Shown here: in pieces, positions 57,525 through 64,000 of the stretch
Numbering within the stretch: the first letter of the stretch is position 1
Layout: every line of letters begins with the position of its first letter
Origin: Actinomycetota bacterium
GTDB taxonomy: Bacteria; Actinomycetota; Acidimicrobiia; Acidimicrobiales; Ilumatobacteraceae
DNA length: 64,000 nt
NCBI GenBank assembly: GCA_016870935.1
Contig: VGAB01000001.1
Location: forward strand, 10,327-74,326
Direction: 5' to 3'
Translations under genes and position numbers: made by a program
The notes under the pieces: model-generated
What the model was told of the DNA's origin: nothing
The model's input: only the letters and a program-made list of their open reading frames with translations
Databases searched by the model: none

Positions 57525-58499
57525 CTAGTTGCCCGCGCCGATCAGGGTTTTTTCGATCACGCGCAACCTCGCCGACTTGGCGCGGCGGTTCGAGGCTTGT
57601 TCGTGATTCGACGGCTGTTTGGGTGCTCGCACACGGCGCGTGCGGCGCACCCCAGAGCGGGATTCGTGCACGAACGGCGACACCTCGACGGATTTCGAAT
57701 CGTCGCGTTCAGAGTCGGCGAACACCTGCTTGACGATTCGATTCTCGCCCGAGTGATAACTCAACACGGCCACGCGACCACCGACCTTCGTCGCCTCGAT
57801 CGCCTGCTCGAGTGCATGCCCGAGAATCTCGAGTTCGTTGTTGACCTCGATGCGGATCGCCTGAAAAGTTCGCTTGGCGGGATGCCCGCCGGTGCGGCGC
57901 GCCGGCGCGGGAATCGCCGCGACCACGACTTCGGCTAGGTGACAGGTCGACTTGATCGGCCGGGCCGCGACGATTGCCGCGGCAATGCGTCGGGCAAATC
58001 GCTCGTCTGAGTTTGCGCGAATCAAATTTGCCAACTCGGCCTCGTCATAGCGGTTGACCACATCGTCGGCCGAGAGTTCACCGCTTTGATCCATGCGCAT
58101 GTCGAGTGGCCCGTCATTGCGATACGAAAAACCTCGCGCCGCTACGTCGAGTTGCGGAGAAGAAACGCCGAGGTCGAAAAGCGCTCCCGAAATTTCTTCG
58201 ATCGATAGTTGCTTCAGCACATCGTCGAGTCGATCGAACCGAGCGCGGCGCACGGTGAGACGGTTCTTGAATTTTGGGTCGCTGACGATCATCTTTTCGG
58301 CGTTGGCGATCGACTCACCGTCTTGGTCGAGCCCCAAGATCTGCAGATCCGGGTTGGCGTTCAAGATCGCCAACGAATGCCCGCCATAACCGAATGTCGC
58401 GTCGACAACCACGCCGCCAGGAACGGCGGCGAAACATTCGGCAATCTCGGCGAGCATCACGGGTTGATGGATCTCGGACAATTTCTCGGGTGTATTCAT
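57525..58499 (-). CDS. rsmH: 16S rRNA (cytosine1402-N4)-methyltransferase
   Basis: 324 aa. HQPVMLAEI, DATFGYGGHS, LDQDGESI, FDLGVSSPQLD and SYHSGENRIVK. Confidence 0.93.
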   Translation of the reverse strand: MNTPEKLSEIHQPVMLAEIAECFAAVPGGVVVDATFGYGGHSLAILNANPDLQILGLDQDGESIANAEKMIVSDPKFKNRLTVRRARFDRLDDVLKQLSIEEISGALFDLGVSSPQLDVAARGFSYRNDGPLDMRMDQSGELSADDVVNRYDEAELANLIRANSDERFARRIAAAIVAARPIKSTCHLAEVVVAAIPAPARRTGGHPAKRTFQAIRIEVNNELEILGHALEQAIEATKVGGRVAVLSYHSGENRIVKQVFADSERDDSKSVEVSPFVHESRSGVRRTRRVRAPKQPSNHEQASNRRAKSARLRVIEKTLIGAGN

Positions 58500-58546
58500 A
58501 TATATAAAGCCGACTTCGCGAGGGGCATGTCATGTGGTTCAAGATC

Positions 58547-58666
58547 TCGCTTATCAGCAGCCCCCCGGCCAACGGTGCCTTCGGGATTTCTCCCCGAATA
58601 GCGAGATGGAAGCGGGCGGAGTTGGGGGCTAACCATCTTGTCAACCGGGAGACTGCTGATAAGCGA
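58547..58666 (-). ncRNA. Candidate structured RNA element (three-way junction) in the mraZ-rsmH intergenic region, possibly the actinobacterial mraW-motif location
   Basis: A perfect 14-bp stem pairs 58547-58560 with 58653-58666. It is extended by 6 G-C pairs (58562 and 58564-58568 with 58651 and 58645-58649). Internal hairpins are 58580-58585/58593-58598 and 58604-58609/58633-58638. The strand is inferred only from operon direction. Confidence 0.4.
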
Positions 58667-58719
58667 AACTCTTGCAACTTTTGACGGTTGCGAAGTTTGT
58701 TGCTTGACCCCCTTTCGCT

Positions 58720-59133
58720 TTACTCGTTGCCTGCAAGTTCTTGCACACCCGAATCACTGATTCGCTGGTGTCGCTGCGGGTCCCAAATCTCGACGCGGTC
58801 GAACGAGCCGCTGACGATCACCCGCGAGTTCAGCTCGAGCCCCGCGTAAGCGCGCAGTTTTTCGTCGACATTGATGCGGCCCTGGGCGTCGACGGAAACT
58901 TCGACCATGTTCGAAGAAAGTGCGCGCTGTTCTTTGCGGTCCATCTCGCCACGCCGGACCTTCTCCATCGCATCATTGGCGACCGACAAAAACGCATCCA
59001 CCGTCAAAACATCGACGCACTTGTCGCGACCAAGTGCCAGATAGCAGGTCGGCTCCAAACGAGGCCTGAATGCGGCCGGCAGGGCTACGCGACCCTTTGG
59101 GTCTAACTGCCGCTCATGCGCCCCTACAAACAC
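58720..59133 (-). CDS. mraZ: Transcriptional regulator MraZ
   Basis: The start is preferred at GTG 59131-59133. This gives VFVGAHERQLDPKGRVALP, which aligns with the MraZ N-terminus MFLGT...LDxKGR. A second DxxGR motif is present (DAQGRINV). The track ORF begins 7 codons upstream at TTG 59154. Confidence 0.88.
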   Translation of the reverse strand: MFVGAHERQLDPKGRVALPAAFRPRLEPTCYLALGRDKCVDVLTVDAFLSVANDAMEKVRRGEMDRKEQRALSSNMVEVSVDAQGRINVDEKLRAYAGLELNSRVIVSGSFDRVEIWDPQRHQRISDSGVQELAGNE

Positions 59134-59203
59134 TCTTCCTCCGCCTGTTCCCAAAACCCCGTTACTTATTGGGTTTTAGAGCTCCCCCTAACACCCGTCA
59201 GAG

Positions 59204-59256
59204 AGCATATCCCCACTTTTCCCCACTGTCAAACATCTTTCACCACTTTTCCCCAC
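59204..59256 (-). promoter_or_regulatory. Candidate Pmra promoter (-35 TTGACA, -10 TATGCT, 17-nt spacer) interleaved with four phased GTGG(G/T)G MraZ-type boxes
   Basis: Minus-strand reading gives GTGGGG (59251-59256), GTGGTG (59241-59246), TTGACA (59227-59232), GTGGGG (59221-59226), GTGGGG (59211-59216) and TATGCT (59204-59209). Box starts are exactly 10 or 20 bp apart. Confidence 0.55.
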
Positions 59257-59272
59257 TTTTTTGGGGGATGTT

Positions 59273-59923
59273 TTAGCGCAGGGCGGCGAGTTCGACCAGG
59301 GTTTCGGCGATTTGGTTCAGACCAGAAATCTCGGCCACGGGAATGTCGGGCACTGGATCTTCAAACTTCAGGTATTTTCGATACGCATTCGACGACCATC
59401 GGCGATGCGCGACGCACTGGAAGCGGGCCATCTCGCGCGTACGTCGCTGCGAGATACCCACCACTTTTTTGCCGTTCAGCGTCACCTCGCCCGGGCCGAG
59501 CCCGCCGAAGCAAATCGAGTCGAAAGAACTTGGACGCTCGACACCGCCCCGATGCACCCTGAGTTGATCACGGTCGGCGACTTCACATTTGGCCAGCGCG
59601 TCGGCCCAAAGATCGCCGACCCACCACATCGCTTGCCCCACGTCGTCTTTCCATAACTCGTCGTCGCGCGCAATCACGAAGTCGACCCAAAGATGTTGGT
59701 CGAGCTCAAGAAACACCGCCCCGCCCCCGCTGCGACGACGAACGACCGAAATATTGTCGGCATCACAAGAACTTTGATCGACGATCGAAGACTCTTGTTT
59801 TGAACCCAAAACCAGCGCCGACTCGAGAATCGAAGCCCGCCAAATCGCCCGTTCAGCGGGCAAATCTCGGCCGTGCACAGACTCGGCCGAGTCGCGCAGA
59901 TGGGTGAACCGCCAAACAGACAT
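59273..59923 (-). CDS. Biotin/lipoate A/B protein ligase (BPL/LPL catalytic domain) family protein, stand-alone domain
   Basis: 216 aa. VVRRRSGGGAVF resembles the LplA RRxSGGGAV motif, and GKKVVGISQRR resembles the catalytic-Lys motif. Confidence 0.55.
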   Translation of the reverse strand: MSVWRFTHLRDSAESVHGRDLPAERAIWRASILESALVLGSKQESSIVDQSSCDADNISVVRRRSGGGAVFLELDQHLWVDFVIARDDELWKDDVGQAMWWVGDLWADALAKCEVADRDQLRVHRGGVERPSSFDSICFGGLGPGEVTLNGKKVVGISQRRTREMARFQCVAHRRWSSNAYRKYLKFEDPVPDIPVAEISGLNQIAETLVELAALR

Positions 59924-59969
59924 TTAATCGATCAACTCGTGATTTGGTCGCAATCGGGGCGAGCAAACG

Positions 59970-60467
59970 TCAAGAAGCGATCGCCAGATACTGCTTCCAC
60001 TCTTCGGGCACGCGACCCACCGAAACGGCGACCCAGGCCAACTCGCGTGGCGTATGCGGTTGCTTGGCCAATGACATGCCGGCCTCTTGCGGCGTGCGAT
60101 CCCGCTTTTTGAGGTTGCACCCGCGACACGCGGCCGTGACGTTCTCCCAGACATGCATACCGCCGCGAGATCGCGGCATGATGTGATCGATGCTGTCGGC
60201 ATGCGCACCGCAGTATTGACAACGATGATTGTCGCGGGCAAAGATCGCGCGACGCGACATCGCCGTGCGCCGATGATAAGGCACTTTGACGACATACCGA
60301 AGCCTGATCACCAACGGCCCGGGCATGACGAATGTTTCGGCGCGAATCTGCGTGCCGTCTTCTTCGACTATCTCGGCTTTTTCTGAGAGCACCAGGCAGA
60401 TCGCGCGACGCGCAGGCACGATCGACAGGGGCTCGAATGTCGCGTTCAAAACCAGGGCGCTTCTCAT
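59970..60467 (-). CDS. HNH endonuclease (McrA-like small stand-alone family)
   Basis: Start placed at MRSALVLNATFEPLSIV, 165 aa. HNH core RDNHRCQYCGAHADSIDHIMPRSRGGMHVWENVTAACRGCNLKK. The upstream part of the 277-aa track ORF overlaps the next gene. Confidence 0.8.
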   Translation of the reverse strand: MRSALVLNATFEPLSIVPARRAICLVLSEKAEIVEEDGTQIRAETFVMPGPLVIRLRYVVKVPYHRRTAMSRRAIFARDNHRCQYCGAHADSIDHIMPRSRGGMHVWENVTAACRGCNLKKRDRTPQEAGMSLAKQPHTPRELAWVAVSVGRVPEEWKQYLAIAS

Positions 60468-60721
60468 CTGAAATCTCTCAACCAATGTAGATAACTCAAG
60501 ACATCTTTCGTCTCGACTTTGGTTTGACCACTGCCGTATTGGGTCTGCGTGCGAAACGCCAAATATGCGCGGGTTGGAAGCGGCAAGAACGGGCGTCTCG
60601 CCCACCAGCGCGCCGGGGCGAGGCGAAACAATTGCCTGATCGCGACTAGCCAGAGTTTGGGTCTGAGGATCACGGCGAACAAAACCTCGGCGCCAATTCG
60701 AGGGTTCGAAATGGCGCCCAT
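60464..60721 (-). CDS. Small hypothetical protein (85 aa, Trp/Arg-rich, one hydrophobic segment)
   Basis: Starts MGAISNPRIGAEVLFAVILRPKLW. It fits exactly between the acyl-CoA dehydrogenase stop (60724) and the HNH start (ATGA overlap at 60464-60467). I recognise no motif. Confidence 0.4.
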   Translation of the reverse strand: MGAISNPRIGAEVLFAVILRPKLWLVAIRQLFRLAPARWWARRPFLPLPTRAYLAFRTQTQYGSGQTKVETKDVLSYLHWLRDFR

Positions 60722-60723
60722 TT

Positions 60724-61944
60724 TCAGTTGGGTTTGGGCTCTTTGGGAAGCCCGAGCACCATTTCGCCGATGATGTTGCGCTGCACCTGTGACGAGCCTG
60801 CATAAATCGTGCCCGCCCGGGCGTTGAGAAACGTCATCGCCCAACTCATCGTGCTGTTCTTTGCGCCTGCCTCGTCGGTTTGAAATGTCGTCATCGGCTT
60901 TCGACCGACGGGCACGAGTCCTTCGACACCAAGGATGTCCATCGCCAACTCGGTGACGACCTTGTGATATTCGCTCCAATAAAGTTTCGAGATCGCGCCG
61001 TCGGGGCCGGGGTGATGACCGGCGATGAATTTCGTCAGCACGCGAAGACCGAGATATTTCATTATCTGAACCTTGCCGTAGCAATCGGCGAGGCGCTGAC
61101 GAATGCGCGGATCGTCTGCCACCCCGCGCTCTTGGGCGAGGGCGATCAACCTCTCGATTTCGGCCTGATATCTGATTGAAAGTGTCGCCGCCGACTCACC
61201 CCGCTCGTAACCGAGCAACGACATCGCCACCGCCCAGCCGTTGTTCAGACCGCCGACGATGTTGTCTTTCGGGCATTGCACATCGGTATAGAAAACCTCG
61301 TTGAACTCGCTCTCGCCCGACAACATTTTTATCGGGCGCACTTCAAGCCCCGGCTGGCGCATGTCGACAAGCAAAAATGAAATGCCTTTGTGCTTCGGCG
61401 CGTCGGGGTTGGTACGCGCGAGGGTGAAAATATGGGTCGCATATTGACCGGCCGAGGTCCAAATTTTTTGTCCGTTCAAAATGAACTGATCGCCGTCAAG
61501 CGTCGCCTTGAGCCCGACATTGCCTAGGTCAGACCCCGCGTTGGGTTCGCTGTAGCCCTGGCACCACACGTCTTGACCCGAGATGATTCGCGGCAAATAG
61601 TGTCGCTTTTGTTCTTCGGTGCCCCAAACCAGAAGCGTGTTGCCGAGCATCTGGATGCCGAAAGTGTCGTTGAACGAACCCGTGGGCACGCCCGCGCGAG
61701 CGAACTCTTCGGCGACGATCACCTGTTCGAGGGCAGACAGGCCGCCGCCGCCGTATTCGACGGGCCAGCCGGGGGCAAGATACGGGCTTCCCGCCAAAAT
61801 TTCGCGCCACTGAGCCACGAAATCTTCGGCCTCTTTGCCCTCCATCGAGCCGATGCCCTTCCAATTTGACGGAAGTTTCTCGGCCAAGAACGCCTGAACC
61901 TTCTCGCGATACTCTTCGGCAGTTCTCTCGTAGACCGGGTTCAT
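60724..61944 (-). CDS. Acyl-CoA dehydrogenase family protein
   Basis: 406 aa. CQGYSEPNAGSDL, FILNGQKIWTSAG and a C-terminal IYAGSSQVQRNIIGE pattern. Confidence 0.85.
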   Translation of the reverse strand: MNPVYERTAEEYREKVQAFLAEKLPSNWKGIGSMEGKEAEDFVAQWREILAGSPYLAPGWPVEYGGGGLSALEQVIVAEEFARAGVPTGSFNDTFGIQMLGNTLLVWGTEEQKRHYLPRIISGQDVWCQGYSEPNAGSDLGNVGLKATLDGDQFILNGQKIWTSAGQYATHIFTLARTNPDAPKHKGISFLLVDMRQPGLEVRPIKMLSGESEFNEVFYTDVQCPKDNIVGGLNNGWAVAMSLLGYERGESAATLSIRYQAEIERLIALAQERGVADDPRIRQRLADCYGKVQIMKYLGLRVLTKFIAGHHPGPDGAISKLYWSEYHKVVTELAMDILGVEGLVPVGRKPMTTFQTDEAGAKNSTMSWAMTFLNARAGTIYAGSSQVQRNIIGEMVLGLPKEPKPN

Positions 61945-62801
61945 GTTTCACAGCCTAGGTTGCGCGCCACAGCGGCGGCCCCGACGAGCGGCGAAAGCGG
62001 GCCGAGGCCCGCAGGGTGCACCTTGAACCCCCGAATAAAGCCGATTTTTGCGCTGCGATCGAGTTCGGCTTGCACGGCTTCAAAAAACGGCCGCCCAAAG
62101 CCGAGCGCCACCGAACCCGCGATCACGGCGGTTCGCAGATCGAGCATCGCCCCGACGCTGACCAACGCCGTGGCGACGAGTCGGCCGGTTTCAGCCACGA
62201 CTTCGGGGCCCGCTTGCGCCGAGGGTTTGCCCGTGATCGCTTCGATCGACCGACCCGACGCGTGCGCCTCGAGGCAACCGTGCGATCCGCATGCACAAAG
62301 TCGACCGTCGGGCACGACGATGACATGACCGATGTGGCCCGCGTTGCCCGAGTTGCCGTCAAGCACCTTGCCCCGTGAAATCACGCCGCCACCCACGCCC
62401 GTTGAGACGACCATGCCGATCACGTCTGTTTGACCTGCGACCGCACCGCACCAGACTTCTCCCTGCACCAGAGCCTTGGCGTCGTTGTCTATATATACGG
62501 GCATCTGCACGACCTCTTCGACCCGCGCTCGCAGTTCAAAATCGCGCCACTCGGGTATGTGCAGAAACGAGACGAGTTCGCCTCGCGGCGACATCGGGCC
62601 GCCACAACCGACGCCACAGGCGACCAACTCGACTTTCGTGTCGACGATTTGTTGGCGGATCAATTCGCTCAGCGTCGCCCAAACATTCGCCGACGGCGTG
62701 GGCGCTTTGCGATGTTCGAGCACCTCGCCCGACAACGAGACGACGCCGACAGACAACTTCGTTCCTCCGATGTCGACCGCCAAATATCCGCGCTGCGACA
62801 C
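61941..62801 (-). CDS. ROK family sugar kinase (glucokinase-like)
   Basis: 286 aa. LAVDIGGTKL, and the ROK zinc motif GHIGHVIVVPDGRLCACGSHGCLE. Confidence 0.8.
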   Translation of the reverse strand: MSQRGYLAVDIGGTKLSVGVVSLSGEVLEHRKAPTPSANVWATLSELIRQQIVDTKVELVACGVGCGGPMSPRGELVSFLHIPEWRDFELRARVEEVVQMPVYIDNDAKALVQGEVWCGAVAGQTDVIGMVVSTGVGGGVISRGKVLDGNSGNAGHIGHVIVVPDGRLCACGSHGCLEAHASGRSIEAITGKPSAQAGPEVVAETGRLVATALVSVGAMLDLRTAVIAGSVALGFGRPFFEAVQAELDRSAKIGFIRGFKVHPAGLGPLSPLVGAAAVARNLGCET

Positions 62802-62810
62802 GCGACCTCG

Positions 62811-63164
62811 TTACCGGTCGCGGGTGAATTTGTCGCGCATGCGTTGGGCGTTGGCGCGCGAGTTCTTCAACGACTCGGCGACGTCACGCATGCCGACCTT
62901 CGACATCGCGCGAAGTTGTCGCTCGGCGACAAGAGCGCAACCCAGCATCGCCAAAAAACCGACGAACGCGAGCAAGAAGTGAAACTGCAGCCCGACGATG
63001 ACCAACGCCAGCGAAACGACGATGCCGACCCCGGCCCACCAGGTGGTGCGCGCCGAATGTCGATAAAGACCTTTCGATGAAACCGCCTGGGCAAAACGCT
63101 CGTCGGTCTTTAGATCTTGCTCGATTTGTCGCAAGATCTGTTGTTCGTCGTCTGAAAGTGGCAC
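62811..63164 (-). CDS. DUF3040 family membrane protein
   Basis: 117 aa. GTG start with a GGAGG SD 4 nt upstream. PLSDDEQQILRQIEQDL followed by two TMs. Confidence 0.7.
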   Translation of the reverse strand: MPLSDDEQQILRQIEQDLKTDERFAQAVSSKGLYRHSARTTWWAGVGIVVSLALVIVGLQFHFLLAFVGFLAMLGCALVAERQLRAMSKVGMRDVAESLKNSRANAQRMRDKFTRDR

Positions 63165-63230
63165 CTGACCTCCGAGGCTATTAATCGCTCAAGTATTTTT
63201 CCACGAAATCGTCAAAATCGCAATATTGCG

Positions 63231-64000
63231 TCAGATGTCACTTGGCCCCCACTTCGAGGAACCCGGCTTGCGTTTTTTGCCCAGTGAACTTACGGGCTTG
63301 ATCGCCGAATCGCCGAACTTTTCGCGAATGTCGTCGATCGCCCGGGTCGTCGTGCTCCAGACGGCGTCAAGGTCGTTGGCCGTGCCTTCGCCCGCCGCGT
63401 CGTCGAACAGGCTCATTTGCAACTCGGGTTCGGAGAGATTTCGGGCACTCACACCCAACAACCGAACCCCGGCCGAGAGATCGATCTGCGCCAAAAGCGG
63501 CTCGAGCAGGTGGACCATCGCCTGCGCGGTGCTCACCGGTGACTCGACGGAGACCGAACGGGTGATCAACTTGAAATCGGCGAATTTCACCTTGAGCGAG
63601 ATGGTCCGCGCCCCGACGCCTGATTGCCGACAGCGGGCGGCGACTGCATCGGCGAGCCGCACGACCTGGTCGTGCGCCGTTTCGAGATCTTTGATGTCTT
63701 TGGAGAAAGTTTCTTCGTGACCGATCGACTTGGCGTCGCGATCGGGCTCGACTTCGCGGTCGTCGCGAGCATGGGCGAGTTCGTGCAGATGCCGCCCGAG
63801 CGCCCCACCCAGCACATTGACCAGAACACGCTCGTCGAACCGCGCCAAGTCGCCCACTGTCTTGATGCTCAACGCCGCAAGTTTCTCGAGCGTCACGGGG
63901 CCGACGCCCCAAAGCGACTCGACCGGCAACGGATGCAAAAACTCGAGTTCGTGGTTCGGTTTGACCTCGAAGACCCCGTGCCCGGGCTTGACCCCGTCAC
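63231..64000 (-). CDS. dinB: DNA polymerase IV (DinB), C-terminal part. The gene continues beyond the right edge
   Basis: The frame is open to the window edge (...KPNHELEFLHPLPVESLWGVGPVTLEKLAALSIKTVGDLA). Thumb and little-finger region, and a C-terminal basic tail. Confidence 0.8.
   Translation of the reverse strand, partial: DGVKPGHGVFEVKPNHELEFLHPLPVESLWGVGPVTLEKLAALSIKTVGDLARFDERVLVNVLGGALGRHLHELAHARDDREVEPDRDAKSIGHEETFSKDIKDLETAHDQVVRLADAVAARCRQSGVGARTISLKVKFADFKLITRSVSVESPVSTAQAMVHLLEPLLAQIDLSAGVRLLGVSARNLSEPELQMSLFDDAAGEGTANDLDAVWSTTTRAIDDIREKFGDSAIKPVSSLGKKRKPGSSKWGPSDI

Noticed and set aside
58601-58632. GGAAGCGGGC in the mraZ-rsmH element, reminiscent of the SRP RNA GGAAGCAGCC motif
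   Set aside because: The surrounding sequence lacks the symmetric and asymmetric loop context and the GNAR tetraloop of 4.5S/SRP RNA. The location inside the dcw operon is also wrong for ffs.
59257-59272. ccccac-tttttt-ggggg as a terminator for the BPL/LPL-like gene
   Set aside because: It forms only a 4-5 bp stem with no following U-tract on the transcribed strand. The CCCCAC half is better explained as one of the phased MraZ-type boxes.
59970-60467. HNH endonuclease as a sign of a mobile element, homing endonuclease or restriction system
   Set aside because: There are no flanking inverted or direct repeats, integrase, methyltransferase or intron/intein context. Small stand-alone HNH proteins of this type are widely conserved chromosomal genes in Actinomycetota.

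Overview
This GC-rich window is almost entirely conserved actinobacterial core chromosome, with about 60 tightly packed genes. All are on the minus strand except two small plus-strand islands: fabI/S8 protease/thioredoxin-domain protein, and an Rrf2 regulator. Gene order follows the Mycobacterium/Streptomyces backbone. Reading the minus strand from right to left: dinB', DUF3040, ROK kinase, acyl-CoA dehydrogenase and HNH. Then the dcw cluster: mraZ-rsmH-ftsL-ftsI-murE-mraY-murD-ftsW-murG~murC-murB~ftsQ-ftsZ-yggS-sepF-yggT. Then ileS, a DksA-like gene, lspA, rluD, bpa-dnaE, mshC, thrS, HIT, the pgsA/acyltransferase/pimA PIM cluster, lemA-htpX, pdxST, yebC, ruvCAB, queA-tgt-yajC-secDF, rel, hisS and aspS'. 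The markers mshC, bpa, sepF, an InhA-type FabI, the PIM genes and an F420-dependent reductase place it in Actinomycetota. I found no CRISPR array, transposon, prophage, rRNA or tRNA, and no obvious defence or secondary-metabolite island, so I cannot claim a new multi-gene system. The most interesting features are in the dcw cluster. MurG~MurC and MurB~FtsQ are each a single uninterrupted ORF, and murF, pgeF and divIVA are missing from their usual positions. A roughly 120-nt three-way-junction fold lies between mraZ and rsmH. Four phased GTGGGG boxes interleave with a consensus promoter upstream of mraZ. Other notable items are a LexA-type box over the ruvC start codon and a cysteine-less DksA-like gene. 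That gene's 18-bp tandem repeats contain an 8-nt frame-breaking remnant. All functional calls come from motif recognition by eye, with no database search.
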